Part shown: piece by piece, positions 48,077 through 58,749 of the stretch
How positions within the stretch are numbered: the first letter of the stretch is position 1
Layout: every line of letters starts with the position of its first letter
Origin: Dehalococcoidia bacterium
GTDB taxonomy: Bacteria; Chloroflexota; Dehalococcoidia; GIF9; AB-539-J10
Assembly (NCBI GenBank): GCA_030615625.1
Contig: JAUWYX010000004.1
Span: forward strand, 76,708 to 140,707
Direction of reading: 5' to 3'
Length of the DNA: 64,000 bases
Program-made: the position numbers and the translations under genes
The notes under the pieces: model-generated
The model's database searches: none
What the model saw: only the letters and a program-made list of their open reading frames with translations
What the model was told of the DNA's origin: nothing

Positions 48077-49999
48077 TTAAGGCTGCCAGCTCAGGAAGGG
48101 GTAGGTCACTCCATTGACGATATTCCAGATATAGGCGGGATTGCGCTCGCCAGGACCGCCGACTGCGATCATGTTCCAGCCTGCCCCTGAGAACGTGGCG
48201 ATGTCCTGCATTTCCGTAGTATTCTTGCCAGTCCCGCCAGCCGAAGTAGATTGTCCGCTGGTTTCGGTGTCCCAGAAGGAGTCGCTCACAATGCCATCAT
48301 TAGCTCCCAACAGTCCGCCAACTGACGAGTTGCCACTCACAATGCCCGTGGAATAGGAGTTGCTCACAGTGCCCCAATTCCAATTAGATCCCACCAGACC
48401 GCCAACAGCCATATCGCCAGTCACGCTGCTTGTGGAATAGGAGTTGCTCACGGTGCTATAGCCACTAGCTCCCACCAGCCCGCCAACCCGCCAACCACCA
48501 GTCACGTCACCTGTGGAATAGGAGTCGCTCACAATGCCCTCATAATGCTGTCCCACCAGACCGCCAACCATGTTATTGCCGGTCACGCTGCCTGTGGAGT
48601 AGGAGTTGCTCACAGTGCTGTCATAATTCCGTCCCACCAGACCGCCAACCCGTTCATTGCCGGTCACGCTGCCTGTGGAGTGGGAGTTGCTTACGGTTCC
48701 ATTATTCTCTCCCACCAGACCGCCAGCATGGTCGCCGCCATTCACGCTGCCTGTAAAATAGGAGTTGCTCACGGTGCCTTCATAACTCCGTCCCACCAGA
48801 CCGCCAACATAGTCGCTGCCATACACACTGCCACTGGAATAGGAATTGCTCACAGTGCTGCCTGACCCACTACCTCCCACCAGACCGCCAACCCACGAAT
48901 CGCCAGTGACGCCGCCAGCGGAATAGGAGTAGCCCACATTGCCAGAATTCCATCCCACCAAACCGCCAACATGCTCATCCCCAGTCACGCTACTGGTGGA
49001 ATAGGAGTTGCTCACAGTGCCGTTATCATGATTAAATCCCACCAGACCGCCCACAATACTATTGCCAGTAAAGTTACCGCTGGAATAAGAGTTGCTCACA
49101 GTGCCACGATTCTCTCCCACCAGACCGCCAATCCAATCCCCATCGCCGGTCACGCTGCCTGTGGAATAGGAGTCGCTCACAGTGCCGTAACTATATGCCA
49201 CCAAACCGCCAACAGTGTTACTACCAATCACACTACCTGTAAAATAGGAGTTGCTCACAGTGCCAAGATTCCATGCCACCAGACTGCCAACAAGGCGTAG
49301 GCCATAGCCAGTCACGTCAGCGTTCACCACGCCGATATTCTGGACGACTCCTCCCTCACCAACAACGCCAAAAAGCCCGATGTAATTCTCATCAGGTCGG
49401 TTGATAAATAGGTCACGTATCTCGTAACCCTGACCGTCCAAAGTCCCAGTAAGTCGGTCATCGCCCGGAGAAACAAATCCAATTGGCTGCCATCCTTTTC
49501 CCTGATTGGCTGTTGGGCTCGCCAGCTCTGTATAGCCAGTAGTGGTGAAATCGAGGTTGTTCTTGAGGATGAAGTGGGCCTCGAGGTAATATCGGACGTT
49601 ATGAAGGTGGTACCAGTTCGCAATCTCATAGGGGTCCCCGGCTGTCCCATTCCCTCCTGCGAATGGGAAGAAGTCGGCAGTGATGATGTAGCTGCTCTCC
49701 GTGGTGATGGTGATGTTAGTTGCTGCAGCATTGACATCGGCGATAGTATCCACAGCACCATTCCAGTTGAGGAAGTGGCATCCAGGATCTGGCATGGCCA
49801 CCACGTTAACTACAGTGGTAGCATTATTATAGGTAAAAGTTCCCTCTCCAGGCTCGGTTACCGACCCTCCAGCGGTACTGGCGATGCTGAGGTAACAAGA
49901 GTCACCACCACCGGTACAGCCTGCCAACCCTGCAATTAAGGCTGCTGTAACCAAAAAGATGCTAGCTCTTGTAGCGTAGAAATTCAGTTTTCTCAACAT
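48077..49999 (-). CDS. GLUG-motif repeat lipoprotein
   Basis: Lipobox (LAGC) and the same GGLVG repeat organisation, with a C-terminus shared with the 46049 gene (FWDTETSGQ.TS.GGTGK.T.EM). Confidence 0.65.
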   Translation of the reverse strand: MLRKLNFYATRASIFLVTAALIAGLAGCTGGGDSCYLSIASTAGGSVTEPGEGTFTYNNATTVVNVVAMPDPGCHFLNWNGAVDTIADVNAAATNITITTESSYIITADFFPFAGGNGTAGDPYEIANWYHLHNVRYYLEAHFILKNNLDFTTTGYTELASPTANQGKGWQPIGFVSPGDDRLTGTLDGQGYEIRDLFINRPDENYIGLFGVVGEGGVVQNIGVVNADVTGYGLRLVGSLVAWNLGTVSNSYFTGSVIGSNTVGGLVAYSYGTVSDSYSTGSVTGDGDWIGGLVGENRGTVSNSYSSGNFTGNSIVGGLVGFNHDNGTVSNSYSTSSVTGDEHVGGLVGWNSGNVGYSYSAGGVTGDSWVGGLVGGSGSGSTVSNSYSSGSVYGSDYVGGLVGRSYEGTVSNSYFTGSVNGGDHAGGLVGENNGTVSNSHSTGSVTGNERVGGLVGRNYDSTVSNSYSTGSVTGNNMVGGLVGQHYEGIVSDSYSTGDVTGGWRVGGLVGASGYSTVSNSYSTSSVTGDMAVGGLVGSNWNWGTVSNSYSTGIVSGNSSVGGLLGANDGIVSDSFWDTETSGQSTSAGGTGKNTTEMQDIATFSGAGWNMIAVGGPGERNPAYIWNIVNGVTYPFLSWQP

Positions 50000-50191
50000 A
50001 TCTAGATTAAAGTATTATATGCTACTTTTGTTAAAATCCTGTTAATTTTAGGCATGTGTTACAATTTTTTTAGTGAGTATATCGCATCACTTGCACTGCT
50101 AAGGGAATTGATTTGGCGCGTGCAGCAGTTTGAATATGACCTAACAGGCGAGCCTACTTTCCTGGTCGTATAAAGAGTTACTTACCCATCT

Positions 50192-50230
50192 GTCATTGTG
50201 AGTCCCGATTTATCGGGACGAAGCAATCTC
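50192..50230 (+). repeat. family-B element (intergenic, full length)
   Basis: gtcattgtgagtcccgatttatcgggacgaagcaatctc. Confidence 0.8.
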
Positions 50231-50308
50231 GTTTCTGAGACTGGACACTGGATTAGGATGATAATATAGTAATGTGGTTGCTAAAAATCGGGTTGAGGCG
50301 GTATATCA

Positions 50309-51046
50309 ATGAAGTATTATGTTGGTTGCAGCGGCTGGCATTATGAGCACTGGCGCGGTCTTTATTACCCTCAGGAATTGCCCAAGCCTAAATGGCTGCC
50401 ATTCTACGCCCGGCAGTTTACTACTGTGGAGCTCAATAACAGTTTTTATAAGCTGCCTTCGGAGAAGGCTTTCACCACCTGGCGAGAATCCACGCCCGAC
50501 AACTTCATTTTTGCTGTTAAGGTGAGTCGATTCATCACGCACATAAAAAGGTTAAAGAATTTGGGTTCGGCGGTGGACAACTTTCTATCTCGGTCTGTTT
50601 TGTTGGGAGAAAAACTGGGCCCTTTGCTATATCAACTGCCTCCTAACATGAAGCGCAACGATGAGCTATTGCGGAATTTCTTATCTTCGTTGCCGCGAAA
50701 ATATCAGCATGTAATTGAATTCCGACATGAATCCTGGATTGATGACGCTGTATTCGATATTCTACGGGTACACAATGTTGGGCTGTGTGTTTTTGACATG
50801 CCTGGCTTTAGCTGCCCCCTTATCGCCACCAGTGATTTCGCCTATGTCCGTTTCCATGGCAGCGAGGGTCTGTATTCCAGTTGTTACTCAGACCAGGAGC
50901 TTTCCCAATGGGCACAAAGAATTGCCCGACTGGGGCAAGACGTCAAGGCCAGCTATATTTATTTTAATAACGATGCCGAGGCGTTTGCGGTTAAAAATGC
51001 TATAACATTGGGGAATTTTCTACAGGCGCTCTGCTCCAAATCCTAA
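50309..51046 (+). CDS. DUF72 domain protein
   Basis: 245 aa starting MKYYVGCSGWHYEHWRGLYYP, the hallmark DUF72 N-terminus. Confidence 0.8.
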   Translation: MKYYVGCSGWHYEHWRGLYYPQELPKPKWLPFYARQFTTVELNNSFYKLPSEKAFTTWRESTPDNFIFAVKVSRFITHIKRLKNLGSAVDNFLSRSVLLGEKLGPLLYQLPPNMKRNDELLRNFLSSLPRKYQHVIEFRHESWIDDAVFDILRVHNVGLCVFDMPGFSCPLIATSDFAYVRFHGSEGLYSSCYSDQELSQWAQRIARLGQDVKASYIYFNNDAEAFAVKNAITLGNFLQALCSKS

Positions 51047-51120
51047 ATTCCAAAACTACCTCTTTTCATCTTTTGCGTTTTGAGCTTGATTTGACATTTG
51101 AGCTTTGTCATTTGTCATTG
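51047..51120. repeat. partial family-C element
   Basis: ttttgcgttttgagcttgatttgacatttgagctttgtcatttgtcattg. Confidence 0.5.
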
Positions 51121-52926
51121 TTTGACGAGTTCCTCTTTAACTTTCTTCGCCAGGGCTGGGGTTATGCCTTCTGTCTGGCTGAGCTCCTCTGACGAAGCCT
51201 CTTTGATAGCTTCAATTGAGCCAAACTTTTTTAGCAAAGCCTTCTTTCGCCTTGGCCCGATGCCGGGGATGTTATCCAGAGCAGAAGTAATGACTTCTTT
51301 GTGACGCAACCTCCGGTGGTAACTTATAGCGAAGCGATGGGCTTCATCCCTGGCTCTTTGTAGTATATGGAGGGCTGGAGAATCTTTAGCTATATAAACT
51401 GGCTGGGGGTCGCCGGGTATAAATACCTCCTCATTTTCTTTAGCCAGGCTGACCATGGGGATATAGTTTAGCCCTAATTCTTGCCTCACCTCCAGGGCGG
51501 CATTGAGTTGTCCCTTGCCGCCATCAATGAGGACGAGGTCGGGAATGACTGCCCAGGTACCTTCGCCTGTCAGGCCCCGTTTAAACCTGCGTCTCAATGT
51601 CTCTTGAATCATGGCATAATCGTCAGCGCCAGCCACAGTTTTGATGCGGAAGCGGCGGTAATGTGCCGGTTTAGGCCAGCCCTTTTCCAAAACAACCATG
51701 CTGCCCACAGCCAAAGCGCCCTGAATATTAGAGACATCGTAACATTCTATTCTCCGGGGCATTTTGGGCAAGAGTAGTCTGTTTTTTAGCTCTTGTAATC
51801 CAGAGCTTATAACTGCTACCTTCATCTCTTTAGCTTGGGCTAGTTGTAAACCTTTGACAGCATTTTCAGCTACAGTATCCACTAGCTTCTTTTTGGCTCC
51901 TCGCCGCGGCACTTGAAGCTCCACCCTGCTACCTTTTTGCTGTTCAAGCCATTCAGAAAGCACTGCTGGCTCGTCTACCGGGTGCTGAAGCAATATCAGC
52001 GGTGGGATATATGAAGCCGAGGCATAGTATTGTTTCACAAAACTGGTCATTATTTGCCCGGGAGACTCCCCCTGGATGCCTTCCATAATAAAATGGTCCT
52101 GGCCAATAAGTTTATTATTGCGAATAAAAAAGAGCTCGACATAAGCCTGTTTTTCATTTTGTGCCAGACCAATGATGTCCTTTTCCCCCTGTAATGTTAT
52201 AGCAATCCTCTGCCCCTCTATGACTTTTTCTATGGCCTTAATTTGGTCGCGCAGCAAAGCTGCCCTCTCAAACTGAAGCTGTTGCGCTGCTGCTTTCATC
52301 CTGGTGTTTAATTCACGAAGAATAAGTTCCTGCTTCCCCTGTAAAAATAAGATGACCTGGTTTATTACGTCGTGGTATTCCTGTTTTTCCACTGCTCCAA
52401 TGCATGGTCCGAGACAGCGGCGGATATAATAATCAAGACAAGGCCGCTTATCTTTACCATCGATGCGCTTGCTGCAACTGCGAAAAGGAAAGATTTTCTT
52501 TATTAACCTTAAGGTTTTGCGTACCGAGCCAGCACTGGCAAAAGGTCCAAAGTATCTAGCTCCATCTTTCTGAACCCGGCGGGTGATGTAAACACCAGGC
52601 CAATCTTCGTTAACGTTTATCTTGAGGTAAGGAAAAGTCTTGTTATCTTTAAGGCGCACATTGTACCGCGGGGTATATTTCTTTATCATGTTGCATTCCA
52701 GGATAAGCGCCTCTTGCTCGGAATTGGTAACTACGAACTCAAAATCCTGTATTTTCGCCACTAATCGTTGAATCTTGGCTGACAGGCTAGAGGGGGCGCC
52801 AAAATAACTCCTTACCCGACTGTTCAAGTTGGCAGCCTTGCCAACGTAGATAACCTTACCCTCTTTGTCCTTAAACAGATAAACTCCGGGCTTTGTTGGC
52901 AAAGCTTTTAATTGTTGTAATTCCAC
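51115..52926 (-). CDS. uvrC: excinuclease ABC subunit C
   Basis: 603 aa with a GIY-YIG N-terminus (PGVYLFKD..VIYVGKA), an endoV-like central domain and a C-terminal HhH. Confidence 0.9.
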   Translation of the reverse strand: MELQQLKALPTKPGVYLFKDKEGKVIYVGKAANLNSRVRSYFGAPSSLSAKIQRLVAKIQDFEFVVTNSEQEALILECNMIKKYTPRYNVRLKDNKTFPYLKINVNEDWPGVYITRRVQKDGARYFGPFASAGSVRKTLRLIKKIFPFRSCSKRIDGKDKRPCLDYYIRRCLGPCIGAVEKQEYHDVINQVILFLQGKQELILRELNTRMKAAAQQLQFERAALLRDQIKAIEKVIEGQRIAITLQGEKDIIGLAQNEKQAYVELFFIRNNKLIGQDHFIMEGIQGESPGQIMTSFVKQYYASASYIPPLILLQHPVDEPAVLSEWLEQQKGSRVELQVPRRGAKKKLVDTVAENAVKGLQLAQAKEMKVAVISSGLQELKNRLLLPKMPRRIECYDVSNIQGALAVGSMVVLEKGWPKPAHYRRFRIKTVAGADDYAMIQETLRRRFKRGLTGEGTWAVIPDLVLIDGGKGQLNAALEVRQELGLNYIPMVSLAKENEEVFIPGDPQPVYIAKDSPALHILQRARDEAHRFAISYHRRLRHKEVITSALDNIPGIGPRRKKALLKKFGSIEAIKEASSEELSQTEGITPALAKKVKEELVKQ

Positions 52927-52994
52927 GGCAAATTTATTGTAGCAAGTGGCTTGTATAGAGGCAAAATAACTCGCATTATGTTAAAATAACTCTG

Positions 52995-53840
52995 ATGAAG
53001 CTGGATATCGATGCTTTCCTTCAATATTTGACCCGAGATAAAGGCTATTCTCAGAATACTGTGGCTGCTTACCGCAATGATTTGACTCAAATGGCAGCCT
53101 TTATTGCCGCAGAGCAAGCAAAGGGCATAATCAAGTCCTATGATGAGCTTTTGAAGAGCTATTTACTCAAGCTCAGGGAAAAGAGATACTCTGTGGCAAC
53201 AACCGCTCGCAAGGTCGCATCAGCCAAATCATTCTTCAAATTTATGGTTGATTCGGGGAGGATGAGGGAGAATCCGACACAAAATTTGCCCTCTCCTCAA
53301 GTTAGCAAGCATTCACTCAAATTCTTATCTCCGTCTGAGTACCAAAAGTTGCTTGCCGAGGCCACAAAGCTACCCACTCCGGAAGCTAAAAGAGATGCGA
53401 TGATGCTGGAATTACTTTATGCCACTGGTTTACGCATAAGCGAATTAGTGTCATTAAGTGTCAAAAATATTGATTTGAAGCAAAATTGTGTGCATATTAA
53501 TTCTAAGAGACAAGTTCCTTTTGACCATCGCTTAAGCCTGATTTTAGGAAATTTCCTCAGGAATGATAGGCTGGATTTATTATATGATGAGAGAGTTGAA
53601 GCCCTATTTCTTAACCGACGTGGTAAGAGGTTGACCAGGCAGGGGTTCTGGCAGATTATTAAGGGTTATGCCTCCAAGGCAGGGCTGGGTGGCAAGGTTA
53701 CGCCGCAGACCTTGCGTCATAGCTTTGCCAGACGTAAATTACAAAGTGGCACTGAGCTCCGTCAACTCCAGCAACTTTTAGGTCATGCATATATTTCCAG
53801 CACAAGAGTTTATAAGCAATCTGCACCTAGGCGAGGATAA
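52995..53840 (+). CDS. tyrosine recombinase, XerC/XerD-like
   Basis: Core-binding N-terminal domain; catalytic region with ATGLRISEL, HxxR (LRHSFARR) and GHAYISSTRVY. Confidence 0.75.
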   Translation: MKLDIDAFLQYLTRDKGYSQNTVAAYRNDLTQMAAFIAAEQAKGIIKSYDELLKSYLLKLREKRYSVATTARKVASAKSFFKFMVDSGRMRENPTQNLPSPQVSKHSLKFLSPSEYQKLLAEATKLPTPEAKRDAMMLELLYATGLRISELVSLSVKNIDLKQNCVHINSKRQVPFDHRLSLILGNFLRNDRLDLLYDERVEALFLNRRGKRLTRQGFWQIIKGYASKAGLGGKVTPQTLRHSFARRKLQSGTELRQLQQLLGHAYISSTRVYKQSAPRRG

Positions 53841-54085
53841 TGCCGAAAAAATCACGACGTGCTAAAGCTAAGCATCGCACTAGACTAGCAAAGACGGTAC
53901 AGGAGGGGCGTTCGCAACAACTAAAGCCGCTGCCTGCTGAGGTACAATCGCCGACCCGAGTATCCCCAAAAGCTCAAGATTTAACCAGCCGCTATCAATA
54001 TGTTATGCCTGAAGTAAAACGCATCGGCATCATTGCCGGAGCTATAATTCTGGTCCTCATAATCTTGTCTTTCGTTCTTGGTTAA
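53840..54085 (+). CDS. small basic membrane protein
   Basis: 81 aa with a Lys/Arg-rich N-terminus and a C-terminal TM helix. Its start overlaps the recombinase stop. Confidence 0.35.
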   Translation: MPKKSRRAKAKHRTRLAKTVQEGRSQQLKPLPAEVQSPTRVSPKAQDLTSRYQYVMPEVKRIGIIAGAIILVLIILSFVLG

Positions 54086-54104
54086 CGTCTTCAGCTGGTG
54101 AACT

Positions 54105-54743
54105 GTGGCGGATTTAGAGCGGGCTAGAGAGAATTTACTTAAATATCTCGAGTACGAAATTGCAGACAAGCGTGTAATTGAGGCTATGAAGCGTGTTCCG
54201 CGTGAAGCCTTTGTATCGCAAGAGCAATATCAGGCTGCTTATGACGATAGACCCTTGAGCATTGGCTTTGGACAAACCATCTCCCAACCCTTCATTGTGG
54301 CTCTGATGGTACAAGCTTTGGAGATCAGGGGTGATGAAAAAGTGTTGGAGCTGGGTACTGGAAGCGGCTATGAGGCGGCGATATTAGCTGAGTTAGCTCA
54401 AAAAGTGGTTACCGTGGAGTGTATACCTGAATTGGCGGAATCAGCCAGGCAAGTTCTGGATAAACTTGGTTATTCCAACATTGAAGTTCACGTGGCTGGC
54501 AAAACTTTGGGTTGGCCAGAGGGAGCCCCTTACGATGCTATCATAGTTTCTGCTGGTGCCCCCACCGTGCCCCAAGTCCTTTTGGAGCAACTAACCTGGA
54601 ATGGGCGATTGGTAATCCCCGTAGGCTCTCGATGGCAGCAAGAATTACTCAGGGTCACTAAACTAAGGAAAAGAAACAACATAGAAAACTTAGGTGGCTG
54701 CTATTTTGTGCCTCTCATTGGTGAAGGTGCCTGGGGGAAGTGA
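54105..54743 (+). CDS. pcm: protein-L-isoaspartate O-methyltransferase
   Basis: A QTISQPFIVA motif and a SAM-binding LELGTGSGY motif. Confidence 0.85.
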   Translation: MADLERARENLLKYLEYEIADKRVIEAMKRVPREAFVSQEQYQAAYDDRPLSIGFGQTISQPFIVALMVQALEIRGDEKVLELGTGSGYEAAILAELAQKVVTVECIPELAESARQVLDKLGYSNIEVHVAGKTLGWPEGAPYDAIIVSAGAPTVPQVLLEQLTWNGRLVIPVGSRWQQELLRVTKLRKRNNIENLGGCYFVPLIGEGAWGK

Positions 54744-55055
54744 GAAGGGTAATTAGCGATGGAAATATCTTTGGCGCTGAAAGTGGAGAGTTGTGTAAGT
54801 TGCCTCATTTAAGGTATATTGAAAAGGAACTTGCTAAAGTATTTCCCCCGGTGTTACCCATGTGGTCAGCCAGCACAGTGGCTTGATGGATGCTGCGCAA
54901 TGGGATAGGCTCTACGTCCGAAATGATGAGGCTGGAAAAGCCTCATCACCAATCGAAATGAGAAATCCCGGCTACTATATTCTGTTTTAAGAATGTAGAG
55001 AACTGTGAATGCCTATCGGAAGATCATTTGCAAAACAAGCTAACGGAGGTGAAAG

Positions 55056-56189
55056 ATGGATCTTAACTTGAGTCGAGAGCATGAGATGCTGAGGGATATG
55101 GTGAAGGAATTTGCTGACAGTGAACTGGCGCCTCGTGCTTTGGAACTGGACAATAAAGGTGAATTTTTCTGGGAGCAGGTGAAGAGGTCAGGGCAGTTGG
55201 GTCTCATTGGGGTGATAAACTCCAAAGAATATGGCGGCACGGCTATGGGTCATCTGGCTCGGATGATTCTCATCGAGGAAATCTCGCGAGTTTATCCACC
55301 AATGGGCTTCTTCCATCAGACGGGCAATCTGTTAATGTACGCCATAGAGACCTTTGGCAGTGACGAGCAGAAGAAAAAGTATTTGCCTGCCCTTTGTAAA
55401 GGTGAGAAGGTGAGTGCTTTTGCCCTGACTGAGGCTACCGGTGGGTCTGACCCAGCCAATATGCAGACTGAGGCTACTCTGGAGGGCGACGATTACGTCG
55501 TTAACGGTAGGAAGTCCTGGATCACTGCAGTCGACCCAGCAGATGTTGTGGGTTTTGTTGCCAGAACCGGAGATAAGTTCAGCGCATTCATTGTAGAGAA
55601 AGGCACACCTGGCTTTGAGGTCACCCGGAGGGAGGAGACTATAGGTCTGCGTTCTTTGCCAGTTAACGAATTTGCTCTGACCAACTGCCGCCTACCAAAG
55701 GAAAACCTCATAGGGGAGGAGGGACGTGGTCTTGTCTGCGCTCTGACCACTATTGCCACTATCGGTAGGACAGGTGCCGCCGGGGTAGCCCTTGGCATTG
55801 CCCACGGCTGCTACGAAATAGCTTTAAAGTTCGCCAAAGAGCGTGTCCTCTATGGCAAGCCGATAGCTGTCCTCCAGGCGATACAGTTTATGCTGGTTGA
55901 TATGAATGTGGAGATTGAGGCTGCAAAATGGCTTTGCTACAGCACTGCCTGGCAGCTTGACCAGGGCAAGACATCCCGAGACTTGGCAGTGGATATAGCC
56001 AGATGTAAGCTCTATGCTGTTGATGTTGCCAACCGCTGCGCCTATAAGGCACTGGATATCATGGGCGCTTACGGGTTGTCTCCCGAGTACCGTGTCATCG
56101 GTCTACTGAGAGATGCTCTAGAGCTGGGCGTGGCTGCTGGTAGTCAGGAGATAATGAAGATTACCATCGGAGCAACCATTACAAGGTAA
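55056..56189 (+). CDS. acyl-CoA dehydrogenase
   Basis: 377 aa with the ACAD three-domain layout (ALTEATGGSDPANMQT). Confidence 0.85.
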   Translation: MDLNLSREHEMLRDMVKEFADSELAPRALELDNKGEFFWEQVKRSGQLGLIGVINSKEYGGTAMGHLARMILIEEISRVYPPMGFFHQTGNLLMYAIETFGSDEQKKKYLPALCKGEKVSAFALTEATGGSDPANMQTEATLEGDDYVVNGRKSWITAVDPADVVGFVARTGDKFSAFIVEKGTPGFEVTRREETIGLRSLPVNEFALTNCRLPKENLIGEEGRGLVCALTTIATIGRTGAAGVALGIAHGCYEIALKFAKERVLYGKPIAVLQAIQFMLVDMNVEIEAAKWLCYSTAWQLDQGKTSRDLAVDIARCKLYAVDVANRCAYKALDIMGAYGLSPEYRVIGLLRDALELGVAAGSQEIMKITIGATITR

Positions 56190-56198
56190 TCTGGCTCT

Positions 56199-56999
56199 AT
56201 GTGGCTTGAAATCTTAGTTTGTATTAAACAGGTGCCGCACCCCGACCATTTCTCTGAAATTCGGCTAGATGTAGGCAGTGGGCACATTATACGGGAGGGT
56301 ATCCCGGCAATAATAAATCCACTGGACCGCAATGCCCTTGAAGAGGGGCTGAGGGTTAGGGAGAGGTTTTCAGGGAGGGTAACCGTGATAAGTATGGGGC
56401 CTCCCCAGGCTCAAAAAGCTCTGGAGGAGGCCCTGGCAATGGGCGCGGACAGGGGCATCCTTCTTTGCGATATGGCATTTGCTGGGGCTGATACTCTGGC
56501 AACTGCCAATACTTTATTTTATGCTATCCAAAAGCTGGGCAAGTTCGACCTTATCTATTGTGGTAACGAGACGGTGGATAGCGGTACTGCCCAGGTCGGC
56601 CCTCAACTAGCAGAACTCCTTGATATTCCTCAGGTGAGCGGTGTTCAGGAAGTCACTTTTAGTGACGAAAAGGGCCTAGAGGTCAGGCGTGCCCTGGAGC
56701 ACGGCTACATGAAGGTGAGGTTGAAGCTCCCGGCTCTGCTTTGTGTAACCAGGGATATTAATAGGCCCCGGTTGCCTACAGTGCAGAGTATTATGGAGGT
56801 GGTACAGAAGAAGCCGATTATCTGGAAAGCGGAAGATATCGGGGCTCCACCGGAGAGCATTGGCCTCAAAGGCTCACCAACCTGTGCTGCCGGCGTTTAC
56901 GAGCACAAGGCAGGGCGGCGGCGCGAAATAATGCAGGGCTCTACCGAGGAGAAAGTTCAAAGGGCTGTGGCACGGCTTAAAGAACTGGGAGCGATATAA
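56199..56999 (+). CDS. etfB: electron transfer flavoprotein beta subunit
   Basis: 266 aa starting ILVCIKQVPHPD. Confidence 0.85.
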   Translation: MWLEILVCIKQVPHPDHFSEIRLDVGSGHIIREGIPAIINPLDRNALEEGLRVRERFSGRVTVISMGPPQAQKALEEALAMGADRGILLCDMAFAGADTLATANTLFYAIQKLGKFDLIYCGNETVDSGTAQVGPQLAELLDIPQVSGVQEVTFSDEKGLEVRRALEHGYMKVRLKLPALLCVTRDINRPRLPTVQSIMEVVQKKPIIWKAEDIGAPPESIGLKGSPTCAAGVYEHKAGRRREIMQGSTEEKVQRAVARLKELGAI

Positions 57000-57013
57000 G
57001 GAGGAGCAAAAGC

Positions 57014-58033
57014 GTGAGTAATTCTGGGGAAATATGGGTCATTGGCGAACAGCACCAGGGGAGGCTTGAAGAAGTCTCACTGGAGCTTTTGAGCAAGGGG
57101 ACGGCACTATCTCAAAGAATGGGTGTGACTCTTTCTGCGGTGTTGTTGGGGGATGAGGTCGAGGAAGTTGCCCGGGAGCTTGTCTTCCACGGTGCTGAAA
57201 AGATTTACCTTCTTGAAGATGCCCGGCTTCGGTATTATCAGAGTGAGGCATACGCCAGGTTGCTGGCCGGGGTTATCAAAGAGCATGAGCCGCAGATAGT
57301 TTTGATTGGTGCCACTGAGATTGGTAAGGAGCTAGCACCTAGGGTTGCAGCTAAGTTAAGGACAGGGTTGACGGCGCACTGCATCGACCTTTATGTTGGC
57401 GAGGTTGATGACGCTCCTCATCTCATTCATGTAGTTCCTGGATGGGGTGGCAATTTGGTTATGCACATCATTTGCCCGCAAAGGAGACCGCAGGTGGTCA
57501 CCGTGAAACCCGGGGTGCTACCCAAGGCGGTAAGGGATGACACTAAGAAGGGCAAGATAATCAGGGTCAAACCTGATGTAAGGGATGAAGATTTCCGTCG
57601 GATAGAGACTGTGGAGGTGGTTGAGGAGCCGCCCAAAGGTAAATCACTGGAGTCGGCTGATGTTGTGGTTTGTGGAGGTTGGGGCATGAATGCTCTGAGT
57701 GACTTTTCCAAGGTGCAGGAACTGGCTGATATCTTGGGAGGAGCCGTTGCTGGCACCAGACCAGCCATGGATAAAGGCTGGGTTGATGAAGCCCGGATGA
57801 TAGGGCAGAGCGGTAAAACGGTTAGCCCGGGACTCTTCGTAAGTCTGGGAGCCTCAGGAGCGATGCACTACATTACCGGCTTTATGGGTTCTAAGGTGAT
57901 TCTGGCTGTGGACCAGAATCCGCAGGCTCCGATCTTTCAGATGGCTGACATTGGCGTTGTTGGCGACTTGCGCGAAGTTATTCCCTGTCTTATTGAAGAG
58001 CTTAAGAAAGACAGAATGCCCAAGAAATTCTGA
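57014..58033 (+). CDS. etfA: electron transfer flavoprotein alpha subunit
   Basis: 339 aa with a C-terminal FAD-binding region (VAVGISGAMHYITG-type: LGASGAMHYITGFMGSKV). Confidence 0.85.
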   Translation: MSNSGEIWVIGEQHQGRLEEVSLELLSKGTALSQRMGVTLSAVLLGDEVEEVARELVFHGAEKIYLLEDARLRYYQSEAYARLLAGVIKEHEPQIVLIGATEIGKELAPRVAAKLRTGLTAHCIDLYVGEVDDAPHLIHVVPGWGGNLVMHIICPQRRPQVVTVKPGVLPKAVRDDTKKGKIIRVKPDVRDEDFRRIETVEVVEEPPKGKSLESADVVVCGGWGMNALSDFSKVQELADILGGAVAGTRPAMDKGWVDEARMIGQSGKTVSPGLFVSLGASGAMHYITGFMGSKVILAVDQNPQAPIFQMADIGVVGDLREVIPCLIEELKKDRMPKKF

Positions 58034-58059
58034 ACTAAGATAAGGAGGAAAGCCAAAGC

Positions 58060-58749
58060 ATGGAAATTATTGAAGCTATCAATCAAAGGAAGAGCATTCG
58101 GGCTTTTAAATCCGACCCTGTGCCCAAAGAAATTCTGAAGGAGATAATGGAGCTGGCTTTGCGAGCCCCTTCCTGGGCGAATACTCAGCCCTGGGAATTC
58201 GCAGTAGTGACTGGGAAAAAGCTGGAGGAAATAAGACAAGCCTTCGTTAAAAAGGCAGAAGAGGGACACAATCCAGACACAGACATCCCTCGTCCTCGAG
58301 AATTTCCCCAGCCTTACGATACTCGTCGCCGTGTTTTGGGCAGGAGAATTCTCGAACTAAAGGGAATAAGCAGGGAGGATAAAGAAAAGAGGAGGAGGTG
58401 GCTCTTGCAGGGCTTGAGACTGTTTGAAGCTCCTTGCGTCATCTATATCTATATTGACCGTTCTTTCTACCTGCAGGGCGACGGGTTAAATATTTGGCCT
58501 GTATTTGATTGTGGTTTGGTGGCTGAGAACATCATGCTGCTGGCTACCAAGTATGGGCTGGGAACCATTGCTCAGATACAGGCTGTCGTGTATCCTGATG
58601 TGTTGAGGAAGGTGTTGGGAATACCAGATTCCAAGCTTATAGTGCTGGGAATATCTGTCGGCTACCCTGACTGGGATGACCCTGTAAATCAGCTCCGCTC
58701 CGAAAGAGAACCGTTGGATAATGTGAGCACCTGGTATGGCTTTGATTAA
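58060..58749 (+). CDS. nitroreductase family protein
   Basis: Begins IEAINQRKSIRAF...RAPSWANTQPWEF, the nitroreductase N-terminal signature. Confidence 0.8.
   Translation: MEIIEAINQRKSIRAFKSDPVPKEILKEIMELALRAPSWANTQPWEFAVVTGKKLEEIRQAFVKKAEEGHNPDTDIPRPREFPQPYDTRRRVLGRRILELKGISREDKEKRRRWLLQGLRLFEAPCVIYIYIDRSFYLQGDGLNIWPVFDCGLVAENIMLLATKYGLGTIAQIQAVVYPDVLRKVLGIPDSKLIVLGISVGYPDWDDPVNQLRSEREPLDNVSTWYGFD

Noticed and set aside
46385-49300. Plus-strand ORFs (MIASHAASRVGVAHSA..., MSHQTTNIHIASDAACGIGVAHSA..., MLSHQTANHVIAGHAACGVGVAHSA...) antisense to the GLUG lipoprotein genes
   Set aside because: They are the reverse-complement reading of the GGLVG/SNSYSTGSV repeat array. The periodic composition keeps the antisense frame open. 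No independent start or RBS context is present, and they fully overlap well-supported minus-strand genes.
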